Below, one piece after another: positions 41,508 through 50,787 of a stretch of 64,000 nt of DNA. The DNA lies in contig JBAZJU010000007.1 of the NCBI GenBank assembly GCA_041651155.1, forward strand, positions 15,693 through 79,692, read 5' to 3'. Numbering within the stretch: the stretch's first letter is position 1; each line of letters begins with the position of its first letter. The notes under the pieces were generated by a model, which had not been told where the DNA came from, made no database searches, and saw only the letters and a program-made list of their open reading frames with translations. The translations under genes and the position numbers were made by a program. This stretch comes from Patescibacteria group bacterium (GTDB taxonomy: Bacteria > Patescibacteriota > Patescibacteriia > CAIXNZ01).

Positions 41508-41708
41508 TTAAGCGAGCTTTACATTGATAGCGCGAGGGCCACGATCTGAATCTTCGGTGTCAAAGGAAACTGCGTCACCTTCTTTCAAATCATTGTAGCT
41601 TACGCCTTGCAAAGCTGAGGAATGAAAGAAAAGGTCTTTTTCTGGGTTATCATCAGAAGTGATGAAACCAAAACCTTTGTCTGTCAATCTTTTGATTTTG
41701 CCTGTCAT
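41508..41708 (-). CDS. Cold-shock protein (start at MTGKIK)
   Basis: KGFGFI and LFFHSS RNP motifs; GPRAINV. Confidence 0.93.
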   Translation of the reverse strand: MTGKIKRLTDKGFGFITSDDNPEKDLFFHSSALQGVSYNDLKEGDAVSFDTEDSDRGPRAINVKLA

Positions 41709-41886
41709 AATAGGATAAAAAAAATGAATTAACTGCAAAACTTAGCCTTTTGCAGAAATTCGACTCATTTCTACTTAGAAAGGTAAATTTTATATTATAA
41801 TGATAGCAAAAAGGCTGAAAAAAGTCAATACCCCTATAAAAGATTGCTATAAAAAAGTCATGCCCTGCGTAGCTTTTTTAGATCAT

Positions 41887-42348
41887 TTATTGAGCTGGGT
41901 TAGCAAGTTGAGCAGGCTGTCCTGGTTGGCCGGAGTCAGTAGGCACTGACGGCCTGATCTGAATTGTCTGCGCTGTTATGCTGCCATCTGCATTGGCCGT
42001 GCCGCTAACCATCAAATTTTCACCAGTGGTTAAATCAGCAACTGCTCCGCTAACTGACTTTGTAATTTGAGTCGTATCAGACAAGAAAATAATTTTAGAG
42101 CCGCCATTATTTAACTTCAACGTTATACTTTTGTCATCTTGAGACAGAAGCTGACCGCTGACTGCACCGCCATTGGCTGCTAAACGAGTACTGCCCTGAG
42201 CGCCAGCAGCATTAAATCCTTGAAATCGCCCGGAATTGGCCATGCTGCCCTTCTGACTTTTTGCATAAACCATGCCGCCATAAAAAGCACCGGCGCCAAC
42301 TACAAGCACAATGATAATAGAAATAATAAGTGTTTGATTTTTTTTCAT
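41887..42348 (-). CDS. Membrane-anchored DUF5666-like protein
   Basis: N-terminal TM; [15 protein letters not shown]-like motif. Confidence 0.65.
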   Translation of the reverse strand: MKKNQTLIISIIIVLVVGAGAFYGGMVYAKSQKGSMANSGRFQGFNAAGAQGSTRLAANGGAVSGQLLSQDDKSITLKLNNGGSKIIFLSDTTQITKSVSGAVADLTTGENLMVSGTANADGSITAQTIQIRPSVPTDSGQPGQPAQLANPAQ

Positions 42349-42446
42349 AATTTAATTTATTAATAATTAGTAGAAAGTAAAAAGTTTGTAAAGTTTATAA
42401 AGCATGGGTAATTTTAGATTAAACTTTACAACTTTCTACTTTATAA

Positions 42447-42466
42447 CCTGCCTGCCGGCAGGCAAG
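42447..42466. repeat. REP-like GC palindrome CCTGCCTGCCGGCAGGCAAG
   Basis: Matches 38267-38288. Confidence 0.75.
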
Positions 42467-42478
42467 CTTGAAACTGAT

Positions 42479-43711
42479 TTATTCATAACGCAAAGCTTCT
42501 ATCGGATTTAATTTAGAAGCCCTAACTGCTGGATAATAGCCAAAAACAATACCGATCCCTGCAGATACTCCGAAAGCTAAAACAATTGAATACAATTTCA
42601 CATCAGTTGTCGTCCAGCCAAAATAATTCACCCCAAACGCCACCAACCAACCAACGATTATCCCAAGCAGGCCGCCAATAAAAGTTAAAGCTACTGCTTC
42701 AATCAAAAACTCTATGCTAATATCTCTTCTTTTTGCTCCAATGGCCTTGCGCAAACCAATTTCCTTAGTTCTCTCAGTTACTGTGGTAAGCATCATATTC
42801 ATAATGCCAATTCCGCCCACAACAAGAGAGATGCCAGCTACGACTCCCAGCAATATAGTTAGAGTTTTTGCAATGCTTGTGGCTGTAGAAGTAATATCTG
42901 ATTGAGTCATTATATTAAAATCTGCATTCGCTGAATCACTTATTTTATGTAAATCCAGCAAAAGGGTGTTTATATCTTCCTGTACTATTGAAATTGAATT
43001 AGTGTCAATCGCAGAAACATTTATTGATGATAAATATTCATCGCCCGAAAGATATTTCTGCGCAGTGCTTAAAGGAATATAAATCCTATCGTCTTGACTG
43101 CCAAAACCAGAACCGCCCTTTGCGACTGTTATTCCAATCACCCTATATTCCATTTTATTTATTTTAATGGATTGTCCAATAACAGCAGATTCTTCTGCAT
43201 CTTCGCCAAAAATATCATCCCTGGTTGTGGGTCCCAAAACAGCAACTTTTGCAGTTGATTTTTCATTTTGGTCAGAAATAAAATCTCCGCTTTCCATTGT
43301 AATGCTTTTTACTATGGTATACGCGGATGTTGTTCCAATAATCTCTGTGTTTGTATTGTTCCCTTTTGCCGTTACCTGATAGCGACCATCAACTTCTGGG
43401 GCCACGGCCTCAATATTATTAATCTGGGCTAAAATTGCTTCTGAATCTGACAATTTTAAAGACTTGGCTGAACCGCGTTCTGTTCTGACCACCGTGCCAA
43501 AACCCCTTTGTGCACCATTTGATACTGTAATCAAATTAGAACCAATTGATTCAATACTTGATTCAATTGAACTTTGTGTACCTTGGCCGATAGAGAGCAT
43601 TACGATAACAGAGCTGATACCGATCACGATACCAAGCACAGTTAAGCCAGTTCTAGCCTTGTTTGCTGATATAGATATTCTTGTTTCTTCTAATATATCA
43701 ATAACTTTCAT
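42479..43711 (-). CDS. MacB/FtsX-family ABC transporter permease
   Basis: LTVLGIVIG, GGIGIMNMML...ERTKEIGLRKAIGA, PIEALRYE. Confidence 0.93.
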   Translation of the reverse strand: MKVIDILEETRISISANKARTGLTVLGIVIGISSVIVMLSIGQGTQSSIESSIESIGSNLITVSNGAQRGFGTVVRTERGSAKSLKLSDSEAILAQINNIEAVAPEVDGRYQVTAKGNNTNTEIIGTTSAYTIVKSITMESGDFISDQNEKSTAKVAVLGPTTRDDIFGEDAEESAVIGQSIKINKMEYRVIGITVAKGGSGFGSQDDRIYIPLSTAQKYLSGDEYLSSINVSAIDTNSISIVQEDINTLLLDLHKISDSANADFNIMTQSDITSTATSIAKTLTILLGVVAGISLVVGGIGIMNMMLTTVTERTKEIGLRKAIGAKRRDISIEFLIEAVALTFIGGLLGIIVGWLVAFGVNYFGWTTTDVKLYSIVLAFGVSAGIGIVFGYYPAVRASKLNPIEALRYE

Positions 43712-43719
43712 AGAATTAT

Positions 43720-44412
43720 TTATTTTTTCTTAATATTTTTTGAATCAGAAACTACTGCGCCATCTTTAATGAAAATTATTCTATCTGCGTGTTGAGCAAC
43801 ATCAGGTTCATGGGTAATTAAAATAATCGTCCTGCCTTCTTCTCTATTCAATCTTTCAAATGTGCTTAAAACAATTTCACCTGTTTTCGTGTCAAGATTG
43901 CCGGTTGGCTCGTCCGCCAAAATTAGCGTGGGATTATTAACCAAGGCGCGGGCAATGGCCACGCGCTGTATTTGTCCGCCAGATAATTGATTAGAAAGAT
44001 GGTCAAAGAATTCCTCATCAAGACCCGCTAATTTCAAGGCTTTTCTTGCGCGTACTTCGCGCTCTTCTTTATTTATACCCTCATAAACCAAAGGCAATAC
44101 GACATTCCTTAACACTGTCGCCCTGGGCAATAAATTAAAAGACTGAAAAATAAAGCCTATTTTTTCCTTGCGTATATCGGCAAGTTGATCTTCACTTAAA
44201 GTTGAAACGTCTTTATTATCCAAAAAATATTTTCCGCTTGTCGGCGTGTCAAGAGCTCCTATAATATGCATCAACGTAGACTTACCAGATCCTGATGGAC
44301 CCATTATGGCTACAAATTCTCCATCATTTATCTTAAAACTCACACCTTTTAACGCTTGGAATTCAATAGTGCCTGTTTTATATATTTTGGTTATATTCTT
44401 TATTTCAATCAT
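43720..44412 (-). CDS. ABC transporter ATP-binding protein (MacB/LolD-like)
   Basis: GPSGSGKST, LSGGQ, LADEPTGNLD. Confidence 0.95.
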   Translation of the reverse strand: MIEIKNITKIYKTGTIEFQALKGVSFKINDGEFVAIMGPSGSGKSTLMHIIGALDTPTSGKYFLDNKDVSTLSEDQLADIRKEKIGFIFQSFNLLPRATVLRNVVLPLVYEGINKEEREVRARKALKLAGLDEEFFDHLSNQLSGGQIQRVAIARALVNNPTLILADEPTGNLDTKTGEIVLSTFERLNREEGRTIILITHEPDVAQHADRIIFIKDGAVVSDSKNIKKK

Positions 44413-44424
44413 AGCATTTACAAA

Positions 44425-46236
44425 TTATTGCGGCGGCATTCCTCCGGGTCCGCCACCTGTTCCGCCCAAGATACTAGAACTACTAGATGATTTATTTGTA
44501 TTTGTTTTTGTTGTAGCGCTGGAAGATGAAACAGCAGATGATTTAATTGTCTTTACAACTATTAAATCTCCTTCTTTTAAGCCAGAAATTATTTCTGTAT
44601 ATGTATCGTCAGATAAGCCAGATTCCACTTGGGTTTGCGTGGGCGCATCAGCCGAAACAATTCCTGCGCTGCTAGTATCGGTATATTTATCGCCTAGCTG
44701 CAAAACGTAACTGACTCCGTTGCTTGTTTTTATCGCCGAACTTGGAACTTCCAAAACATCCTGGCTTGTCTCTGTAATAATTGACGCTGAAACGCTCATG
44801 CCTGATTTTACCCTGTCGTCTTGAGTGTCAAAAATAATTTTAACATTATAAGTAACCACGCCTGAACTCACTGTGCCGATAATATCCACCTGGGCAACTT
44901 CGCCGGTAATGCTCAGCCCGTCAATCGCATCAAAAGTCAAAGTAGCCTTTTGACCGACTTTAATTTTGGTTACATCAACTTCATTTAAGGAAATCTCCGC
45001 TGTTTTTTGCTTGGTTATTAAAGTAGCAATTGTGCCTCCGCTGGAAATTGAATCGCCTTTTTGGACAGAGACAGCGGCAATAACCCCGGCAAAAGGTGCG
45101 CGCACAGTATAATCCGCCAATTTTTCGTTCGCATCTGCAAGAGCATTTTGCTTTTGCTGCACTGCATATTCTTGAGCTTTAAGATCCAAGGGATCTGTCC
45201 CTGCGTTTAATTCTGCCAAAGATTGGGTTTTTTCCGTAATAGTGCGTTCGGAATTAACAATTGAAGTTTTGTCAGCCTGAATTGTATTTATAATTGATAA
45301 TAAATTCTGCAAATGAGTATTTACCTGGCCAGTATAAGTATTTAAAGTTGCTAATTGTGTATTGGCAGCGCTAGCTGGGTTTTGATTATGTCTGGCCAGA
45401 GCATCTTCATAAAATTGGATGAAATTATTTGTATTTTTAATGGCTTCAGCAAAAATTTTGCTGGTATTATAAGTTTCATCAAGCAGGGTTTCAATTGTGC
45501 TAATGTCAGAAAATCTATTGGCAGTTTTATAATCACTAAAATTTTTATCAAATTCTGAGCGGGCAGTCTTGGCAGAGTTTAAGGCAAGCTCTTTATATTC
45601 AAAAATTTTAGCTTCATCAAAGGGCACGGCATTGGCATAATAATCTATGTTCCATTGTGTGCTGCCGCCTAATTCACTGCCAAAAAGAACATCTTCCAGC
45701 CCGGTAATTATATCGGGCAACTGCAGAAAAACATTAGAGACTGTATTAAAGCCGTCATCATAAGCTTTTTGCAAATCATCTTCAGCCTGCTGTTTTGCTT
45801 CTTTAGCCTGAGCCAAAGCATTTTCTGCTTGAGTTACAGATAATTGGTCAGCGGCTTTTTGCAGTTTCTCTAAAGATAATTTGGCGCTATCCAAATTTGC
45901 TTTGGCATCCCTGACTGTTTTAAGAGCTTCCTTAGCATTTATCTGAGCTAAAATAGCGCCGTTCTTGACTTCTTGCCCTGCTACAATCGCAACATTATAG
46001 AGGTCTCCGGAGGCTTTGGCTTTGACATCAACCTGATTAGTCGCGGAAATCTGGCCAGTGCCAGAAACAGAAGTTATTATTGTCCCTTTTTCAACAGCAG
46101 CTAAGACATAACGCGTTGCCGCAGGAGCAGAAGTTAAAGATTTAACAATAAAATAACCTCCGACAGCCAGCATAATAATTATTAAGCCGATAATTATTTT
46201 ATGCTTAATTAAATAATTTAAAATTTTCTGAAACAT
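44425..46236 (-). CDS. MacA/HlyD-family periplasmic adaptor
   Basis: VSGTG...KASG, long coiled coil, VRAPFAG, KSGMS, GLKEGD. Confidence 0.88.
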   Translation of the reverse strand: MFQKILNYLIKHKIIIGLIIIMLAVGGYFIVKSLTSAPAATRYVLAAVEKGTIITSVSGTGQISATNQVDVKAKASGDLYNVAIVAGQEVKNGAILAQINAKEALKTVRDAKANLDSAKLSLEKLQKAADQLSVTQAENALAQAKEAKQQAEDDLQKAYDDGFNTVSNVFLQLPDIITGLEDVLFGSELGGSTQWNIDYYANAVPFDEAKIFEYKELALNSAKTARSEFDKNFSDYKTANRFSDISTIETLLDETYNTSKIFAEAIKNTNNFIQFYEDALARHNQNPASAANTQLATLNTYTGQVNTHLQNLLSIINTIQADKTSIVNSERTITEKTQSLAELNAGTDPLDLKAQEYAVQQKQNALADANEKLADYTVRAPFAGVIAAVSVQKGDSISSGGTIATLITKQKTAEISLNEVDVTKIKVGQKATLTFDAIDGLSITGEVAQVDIIGTVSSGVVTYNVKIIFDTQDDRVKSGMSVSASIITETSQDVLEVPSSAIKTSNGVSYVLQLGDKYTDTSSAGIVSADAPTQTQVESGLSDDTYTEIISGLKEGDLIVVKTIKSSAVSSSSATTKTNTNKSSSSSSILGGTGGGPGGMPPQ

Positions 46237-46328
46237 ACGAAAAAATTAAAAATTAAAAATGCTCGTCTCGGCTTTATATTAATCTATCGAGTTTTTATTT
46301 CTTTAATCCGAGCCGAAGCCGGAAAAAT

Positions 46329-46871
46329 TTAAAAATTCGGAGCAGGTTGGGGCAAGGTTCCTGTCTGAGCCGGTTGATTTAGCCCAGGTTGAGGTAAAAA
46401 GCCAGGTTGATTTTGACCAGTTGGCGGAGGAGGAAGAATTCTAATGAGCTTGGCAGTTATCTGACCAGCTTGATTGGGCTCGCCTATAACTACAATATTG
46501 TCATCAACCTTTAAATCTGCAAATTCTATTGTTCCCTTTATGCTGTTAATAACGGTACTTTCGTTAAGAGCAACTGCTTTCTCAGTATTTTGACCGCTTT
46601 TAATAGTCACTAAATTGCCTTCAATTTTTATAATCTGGCCAAAGGTGCCATTCGCATCCATAAAATCACGGTCGCCAAAACCACCCATAAATCCACCTTT
46701 AGGCCCGCCAAAATTGCGGTGATAATTATCACTCCAACGGCAGGAAAAATCGGCTTTTTTTATGCCTATCATCATACCTGCTTTAAAAATTAACAACACA
46801 ATGATCAGGGCTGCTATGCCCACGATGATTATCTGGAATGCTTTAGATTGAAAAATTTTATTAATGTCCAT
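46329..46871 (-). CDS. Membrane-anchored DUF5666-like protein
   Basis: N-terminal TM; GQIIKI...GEPNQAGQITAKLIRI. Confidence 0.6.
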   Translation of the reverse strand: MDINKIFQSKAFQIIIVGIAALIIVLLIFKAGMMIGIKKADFSCRWSDNYHRNFGGPKGGFMGGFGDRDFMDANGTFGQIIKIEGNLVTIKSGQNTEKAVALNESTVINSIKGTIEFADLKVDDNIVVIGEPNQAGQITAKLIRILPPPPTGQNQPGFLPQPGLNQPAQTGTLPQPAPNF

Positions 46872-46882
46872 AAATTTGAAAA

Positions 46883-47302
46883 TTAATTATGTATTAATTG
46901 TTTAGAAAGATCTATGTTTTTTAAATTTTTTACCAACAATTTAAGCAATTCTAATATGGCTAAAATAGTCGCTAAAAGTAAAATTAAATTCACAACTGGC
47001 AATGTTTCTAGGAGTGAAAGTGCATAATTTTGCCAATAGGTCAGGACAATTCCTGCGTCTGAAAAAAGCAATGAAAAATACTGTGCAAAGCCAGACTCTA
47101 CAAAACCTGAAATGACTGCCTTGAGGGCGGGTATAAAAAGTATTAAGGCTCCAAATAAACTAGCAGCCAATATAAATATGCGACGTTTTAACATTTGCAG
47201 TTTTTTTTCTTGTCCAATCCGCTCCATAATTTTTCCAAATAAATCATTGGGCGGTTCTGGCGCATTATAATAGGTAAATAGTTTTTCCAAATCTTTAGTC
47301 AT
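46883..47302 (-). CDS. Small membrane protein, possible anti-sigma factor
   Basis: PEPP.DL...IM motif plus TM helices; directly downstream of the ECF sigma gene. Confidence 0.55.
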   Translation of the reverse strand: MTKDLEKLFTYYNAPEPPNDLFGKIMERIGQEKKLQMLKRRIFILAASLFGALILFIPALKAVISGFVESGFAQYFSLLFSDAGIVLTYWQNYALSLLETLPVVNLILLLATILAILELLKLLVKNLKNIDLSKQLIHN

Positions 47303-47327
47303 AATTTTATTTAATCATTATTAATTA

Positions 47328-47355
47328 ATACGAAAAAAGAATGCTTATTGGTGCA
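47328..47355 (-). promoter_or_regulatory. Putative ECF-sigma promoter (TGCACC-N17-CGTAT)
   Basis: Resembles the SigW/SigM-type TGAAAC...CGTA consensus; lies between the sigma gene and the downstream operon. Confidence 0.55.
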
Positions 47356-47385
47356 TTCTTAAAATTCCGGATATTTTTCTTTTAC

Positions 47386-47949
47386 TTATTGACAAAGCAA
47401 TTCTTTCAATGCAATTAATGCCCGACGATGGCGACTTTTAACAGTATCCAGGGGTTCATTAAGTGTTTCGGCAATCTCTCGGAAAGTAAATTGATTATTA
47501 TAACGTAAATGTATAACTTGGCGATATTTTTCTGAAAGCAAGTCAATTGCCGCACTTAGTTTTTCTGCCAAATTTTTTTGGTCAAAAATTTCCATGGGCA
47601 AGGGATTTTGGTCAACAATTGTATTTAGCAAAGGATTTTCGCCATCTTCTGTCTCAAAAGCTGAAAAAAATATGTTTTTTTTCTGGCGCAAAAAGTCAAT
47701 GGCAGTATTTTTAGCAATTTGAAAAAGCCAGGTTTTAAAACTTCTTTTTTGGTCAAATTTTTTTAAATTACGCCAGACTTTTACAAAAACTTCCTGGGTA
47801 ATATCTTCGGCTTCATTAAGCAAATTAGTATATCTATAAACAAAACCATAAATCGGCTTTAAATAGCGGGCAACTAAAATTTCCAAAGATTTTTCATCTT
47901 TATGTTTTAAATAATTATGGACTAATTGTTCATCAGAAAGATTATTCAT
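47386..47949 (-). CDS. ECF RNA polymerase sigma-70 factor
   Basis: AEDITQEVF, FKTWLFQIAKN, EIAETL...TVKSR. Confidence 0.93.
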   Translation of the reverse strand: MNNLSDEQLVHNYLKHKDEKSLEILVARYLKPIYGFVYRYTNLLNEAEDITQEVFVKVWRNLKKFDQKRSFKTWLFQIAKNTAIDFLRQKKNIFFSAFETEDGENPLLNTIVDQNPLPMEIFDQKNLAEKLSAAIDLLSEKYRQVIHLRYNNQFTFREIAETLNEPLDTVKSRHRRALIALKELLCQ

Positions 47950-47951
47950 AG

Positions 47952-48025
47952 TGGGTGGCTACTGGGAGTTGAACCCAGGCTAGCGGGACCACAACCCGCT
48001 GTTCTACCGTTAAACTATAGCCACC
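47952..48025 (-). tRNA. tRNA-His (GUG)
   Basis: Cloverleaf GGTGGCTATAG...GCGGG-TTGTGGT-CCCGC...GGTTCAACTCC...AGCCACCCA; G-1 and encoded CCA. Confidence 0.93.
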
Positions 48026-48120
48026 AAAATAAATTTAAAATTAAAAATGCAAAATTTAAAATTTTGTAATCCTTAACAAAGGAACTTTGCACTTTGCAAT
48101 TTAAACTTTTAACTCACCTA

Positions 48121-48192
48121 TGACCCCGCTAGGAATCGAACCTAGATCTAAAGCTTAGAAGGCTTTCGTTCTATCCATTGAACTACGGGGCC
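48121..48192 (-). tRNA. tRNA-Arg (UCU)
   Basis: GGCCCCGTAGTTCAATGGATAGAAC...AAAGC-CTTCTAA-GCTTT...GGTTCGATTCC...CGGGGTCA. Confidence 0.93.
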
Positions 48193-48432
48193 AGATAAAA
48201 GTCTGCGTATTCCCTTGTATTAAACAACAAACATATAAAAACCGTTAAATACGGTTAAAAGCGTATTTTACATAAACTTTTATCTGGCCGGGGGCCGAAT
48301 TCTTATTTTTTCAATAAACTTTTATCCGTTCTAGGATGGAATACATAAACTTGCATCTGGGCGGGGACCTTATTTTTAGCAGTTTTAAAAAGTATATTGT
48401 ATTTGTACATAAATTTGCATCTGGGCGGGGCC
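48190..48432. repeat. Three ~28-bp direct repeats (48269, 48342, 48406) plus one inverted copy (48190-48209) overlapping the tRNA-Arg 5' end
   Basis: Copies TACATAAACTTTTATCTGGCCGGGGGCC, TACATAAACTTGCATCTGGGCGGGGACC, TACATAAATTTGCATCTGGGCGGGGCC; inverted copy GCCAGATAAAAGTCTGCGTA. Confidence 0.85.
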
Positions 48433-48500
48433 TTGGATAATGATCAATAACTAATGATCAATTTTCAATTTTGGAATATATTATAAAAAATAATAGTTGT

Positions 48501-48529
48501 ATTTTAGCAAAAAACTAGCGTGTTGTCAA
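48501..48529 (-). promoter_or_regulatory. Sigma70 promoter of the tRNA-Arg/tRNA-His unit
   Basis: TTGACA-17-TAAAAT on the minus strand. Confidence 0.65.
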
Positions 48530-48530
48530 T

Positions 48531-49469
48531 CTATTCGCCTCTTCTTTTTCTCCCATGAAAACTCTTATAAACTTCCCTTAATTGCTTATCAGTAATATGC
48601 GTATAAATTTGGGTAGTGGTGATTGAACTATGGCCGAGCATGGCTTGAACTGAACGAATATCAGCGCCGTTTTGCAGTAAATCAGTGGCAAAGGAATGGC
48701 GCAGAACATGCGGCGTGATTTTCTTAGTTATCCCGGCAATTTTTGCATATTTTTCCACAATTCTTTGCACACTGCGCGGAGTTAAACCCTTGTCATCTTT
48801 ATTTTTACTTCTTTTTAAACTGGCCTTGTCGTGATTAGTAAATAAAAATTGAGACATATCTTTTCTGGTATCCAGATATTTTTTAAGCCAGTGCTTAGCT
48901 TGATTGGAAAGAAAAACCACTCTTAGCTTTGAGCCTTTGCCTCTGACTGTAAATTCTTCTTTATTTAAATTAATTTCACTCTTTTTTAGATTGGCTAATT
49001 CTGACACGCGCAGGCCGGTTGAAAATAAAGTTTCTAAAATGGCTTTGTCGCGGAATTTTATTATTTCTGGTTGTTCAATTTTAAACGGCGCTTCCAGAAA
49101 ATTTTCCAAATCAGTGCCTTCCATGAATTCAATCTGACGGTCAGGCATTTTGGCCAATTCAATTTTCTCCGGAGCCAAAGTTTTAATATCGCGTTTGGCT
49201 AAATACTTTAAAAAAGTGCGTAAAGCAATTAAATGGTAGTTTTGCGTATTCTTTTTTAAGGGTTGGTTATTGAAATCTTTTAAACGGTTTAACCATAAAC
49301 GAAAATTGCGCACCAAATCCTGTTCAATCTGGCTTGGTTCCTTAATTTTCGCCCAACTAAAAAAACGCTTGAGATAAAACTGGTAATTCTCAACTGTTTT
49401 TTGCGAGCGTCCTTTTTCTATTTCTAAATACTCCAAGAACTCCCTTGTTAATTGCTCTAACTTAGTCAT
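48531..49469 (-). CDS. Tyrosine recombinase, XerC/XerD-like
   Basis: TGLRVSEL, GKGSKLR, HVLRHSFAT, LGHSSITTTQIY catalytic residues. Confidence 0.92.
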   Translation of the reverse strand: MTKLEQLTREFLEYLEIEKGRSQKTVENYQFYLKRFFSWAKIKEPSQIEQDLVRNFRLWLNRLKDFNNQPLKKNTQNYHLIALRTFLKYLAKRDIKTLAPEKIELAKMPDRQIEFMEGTDLENFLEAPFKIEQPEIIKFRDKAILETLFSTGLRVSELANLKKSEINLNKEEFTVRGKGSKLRVVFLSNQAKHWLKKYLDTRKDMSQFLFTNHDKASLKRSKNKDDKGLTPRSVQRIVEKYAKIAGITKKITPHVLRHSFATDLLQNGADIRSVQAMLGHSSITTTQIYTHITDKQLREVYKSFHGRKRRGE

Positions 49470-49598
49470 GCATTCATTTTACGACACAATTAATCTTTTG
49501 ACAAATAAAATAACCCCTTAAGGGGATTAAGTGGGAAGGAGTATAAAACTTTAGTTTTATCTTACCATGATTAAGGCAAATCTAAAGATTTGCACTCC

Positions 49599-50330
49599 TT
49601 ATTTAATAGAATGCCAAAGATATTTAATCAATTCTTTTTGCGAATCAGCAATGTCCTGGTCTTCAATAATTACGCCAGCCAAGGACTTAAAAGAAATCAT
49701 AGCTACTTTATTGCCGGACACTAACTGGTCAACTGAAACCTTAAAATCAGCTGGTAAAAATTTAATTTTAGTCACGCCTTTTCTGTAAATTTCTTCTTTA
49801 ACTGATTTTTGAGCCAAAGGTGTTGGTTTAATTAGATCATATAAAACTCCGCCAGCGTTTTTAATAATTTCAAAAAATTGCTCATTTTCTTTTTCTGAAA
49901 AAACAGTTAAAAAATCATCAAAGGAAAAAAGAGAATATACTTTTTTAGAAGTATTTAACATTTCTTCATAAATATTTTTCAAGCCTTCTTTGCCTTCAAA
50001 AAACCTCACTTTGGGCTGGCTGGGTTTGGCCAGAAATAAGGCCTCTAAATTAGGCAAAATTTTCTCAAAATTACTTTTTTTCTTTTCCAAGAGATTTAAA
50101 ATTTGCTTGGGATCAATAGCTTTATAAAAAACTCTTTTGCCAGCCGGGACTTTTAAAATCAATCCTCTTTTTATTAATTCCTCAATTAAATAATAAGTTG
50201 TCGGCCTCTTTATTTTAGCGCGTTTGGCAATGTCTGAAATAGAAGCTGGCCCAATTTCCAAAATAGCCAGAAATGTTTTAGCTTCACTTGGCTTTAAGTC
50301 CAGATTTTGTAATTGGTCTAGAATTTCCAT
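49599..50330 (-). CDS. TrmB-family transcriptional regulator (start at MEILDQ)
   Basis: EAKTFLA.LE.G, RPTTY...L...G winged HTH; VRFFEGKEGL; C-terminal NKVAMIS. Confidence 0.85.
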   Translation of the reverse strand: MEILDQLQNLDLKPSEAKTFLAILEIGPASISDIAKRAKIKRPTTYYLIEELIKRGLILKVPAGKRVFYKAIDPKQILNLLEKKKSNFEKILPNLEALFLAKPSQPKVRFFEGKEGLKNIYEEMLNTSKKVYSLFSFDDFLTVFSEKENEQFFEIIKNAGGVLYDLIKPTPLAQKSVKEEIYRKGVTKIKFLPADFKVSVDQLVSGNKVAMISFKSLAGVIIEDQDIADSQKELIKYLWHSIK

Positions 50331-50336
50331 ATTTTT

Positions 50337-50433
50337 ATGCGATTGCTCATGCCTTTCGGAGTTCACCCTTCAGGGTTTTATAAGTCCCATAAAAGACTAA
50401 AGTCTGAATTCCTTGCCTCATGAGCAATCGCAT
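50337..50433 (-). other. Structured 5' element closed by a perfect 15-bp inverted repeat
   Basis: ATGCGATTGCTCATG / CATGAGCAATCGCAT enclosing a GGAATTCA/TGAACTCC stem and three small hairpins. Confidence 0.65.
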
Positions 50434-50613
50434 TAAATTTATCATACAACTCTAAAAATGTCAAGAATTTTATCAACTTTTTAACTTCTGAATGATAATT
50501 TGTGCTTATTATAGCCATTTTAATGCTAATTTTTGCCTTATTTATTGACATAATTAAATATTTTAACTATAGTGAAAGATCAAAATGTTCTTTGACAAAA
50601 AAAAGGAGGAGAA

Positions 50614-50769
50614 ATGAAAATTGTATTTTGGCTACTTACCCTATTGGTCATTGTTCTATATTCCTTACAACTAAATCCATCCCTAATCCACATTTCCGAT
50701 CCAAATGAAATCATATTCCTTGGTATGATTTTTTTTCTCGGAGCTGTGGCACTTTACGGTCTTTTCTAA
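50614..50769 (+). CDS. 51-aa two-TM membrane protein missing from the ORF track
   Basis: AAGGAGGAGAA-ATG; MKIVFWLLTLLVIVLY...GAVALYGLF*. Confidence 0.7.
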   Translation: MKIVFWLLTLLVIVLYSLQLNPSLIHISDPNEIIFLGMIFFLGAVALYGLF

Positions 50770-50787
50770 ATAAAAAGGAGGAGAAAA

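Noticed and set aside
46255-46325. Structured RNA between the DUF5666-like and adaptor genes
   Set aside because: Only short CTCGG/CCGAG pairings and a single copy; too weak to call
48260-48290. dif site
   Set aside because: The CATAA...TTAT core has a 4-nt rather than 6-nt spacer and lacks the TTATGTTAAAT arm
48269-48432. CRISPR array
   Set aside because: Only three degenerate repeats with unequal spacers, an inverted copy and no cas genes in the window; reported as a repeat instead
47952-49469. Prophage or integrative element at the tRNAs
   Set aside because: The recombinase looks like a housekeeping XerC/D; no phage or conjugation genes and no tRNA 3' duplication seen
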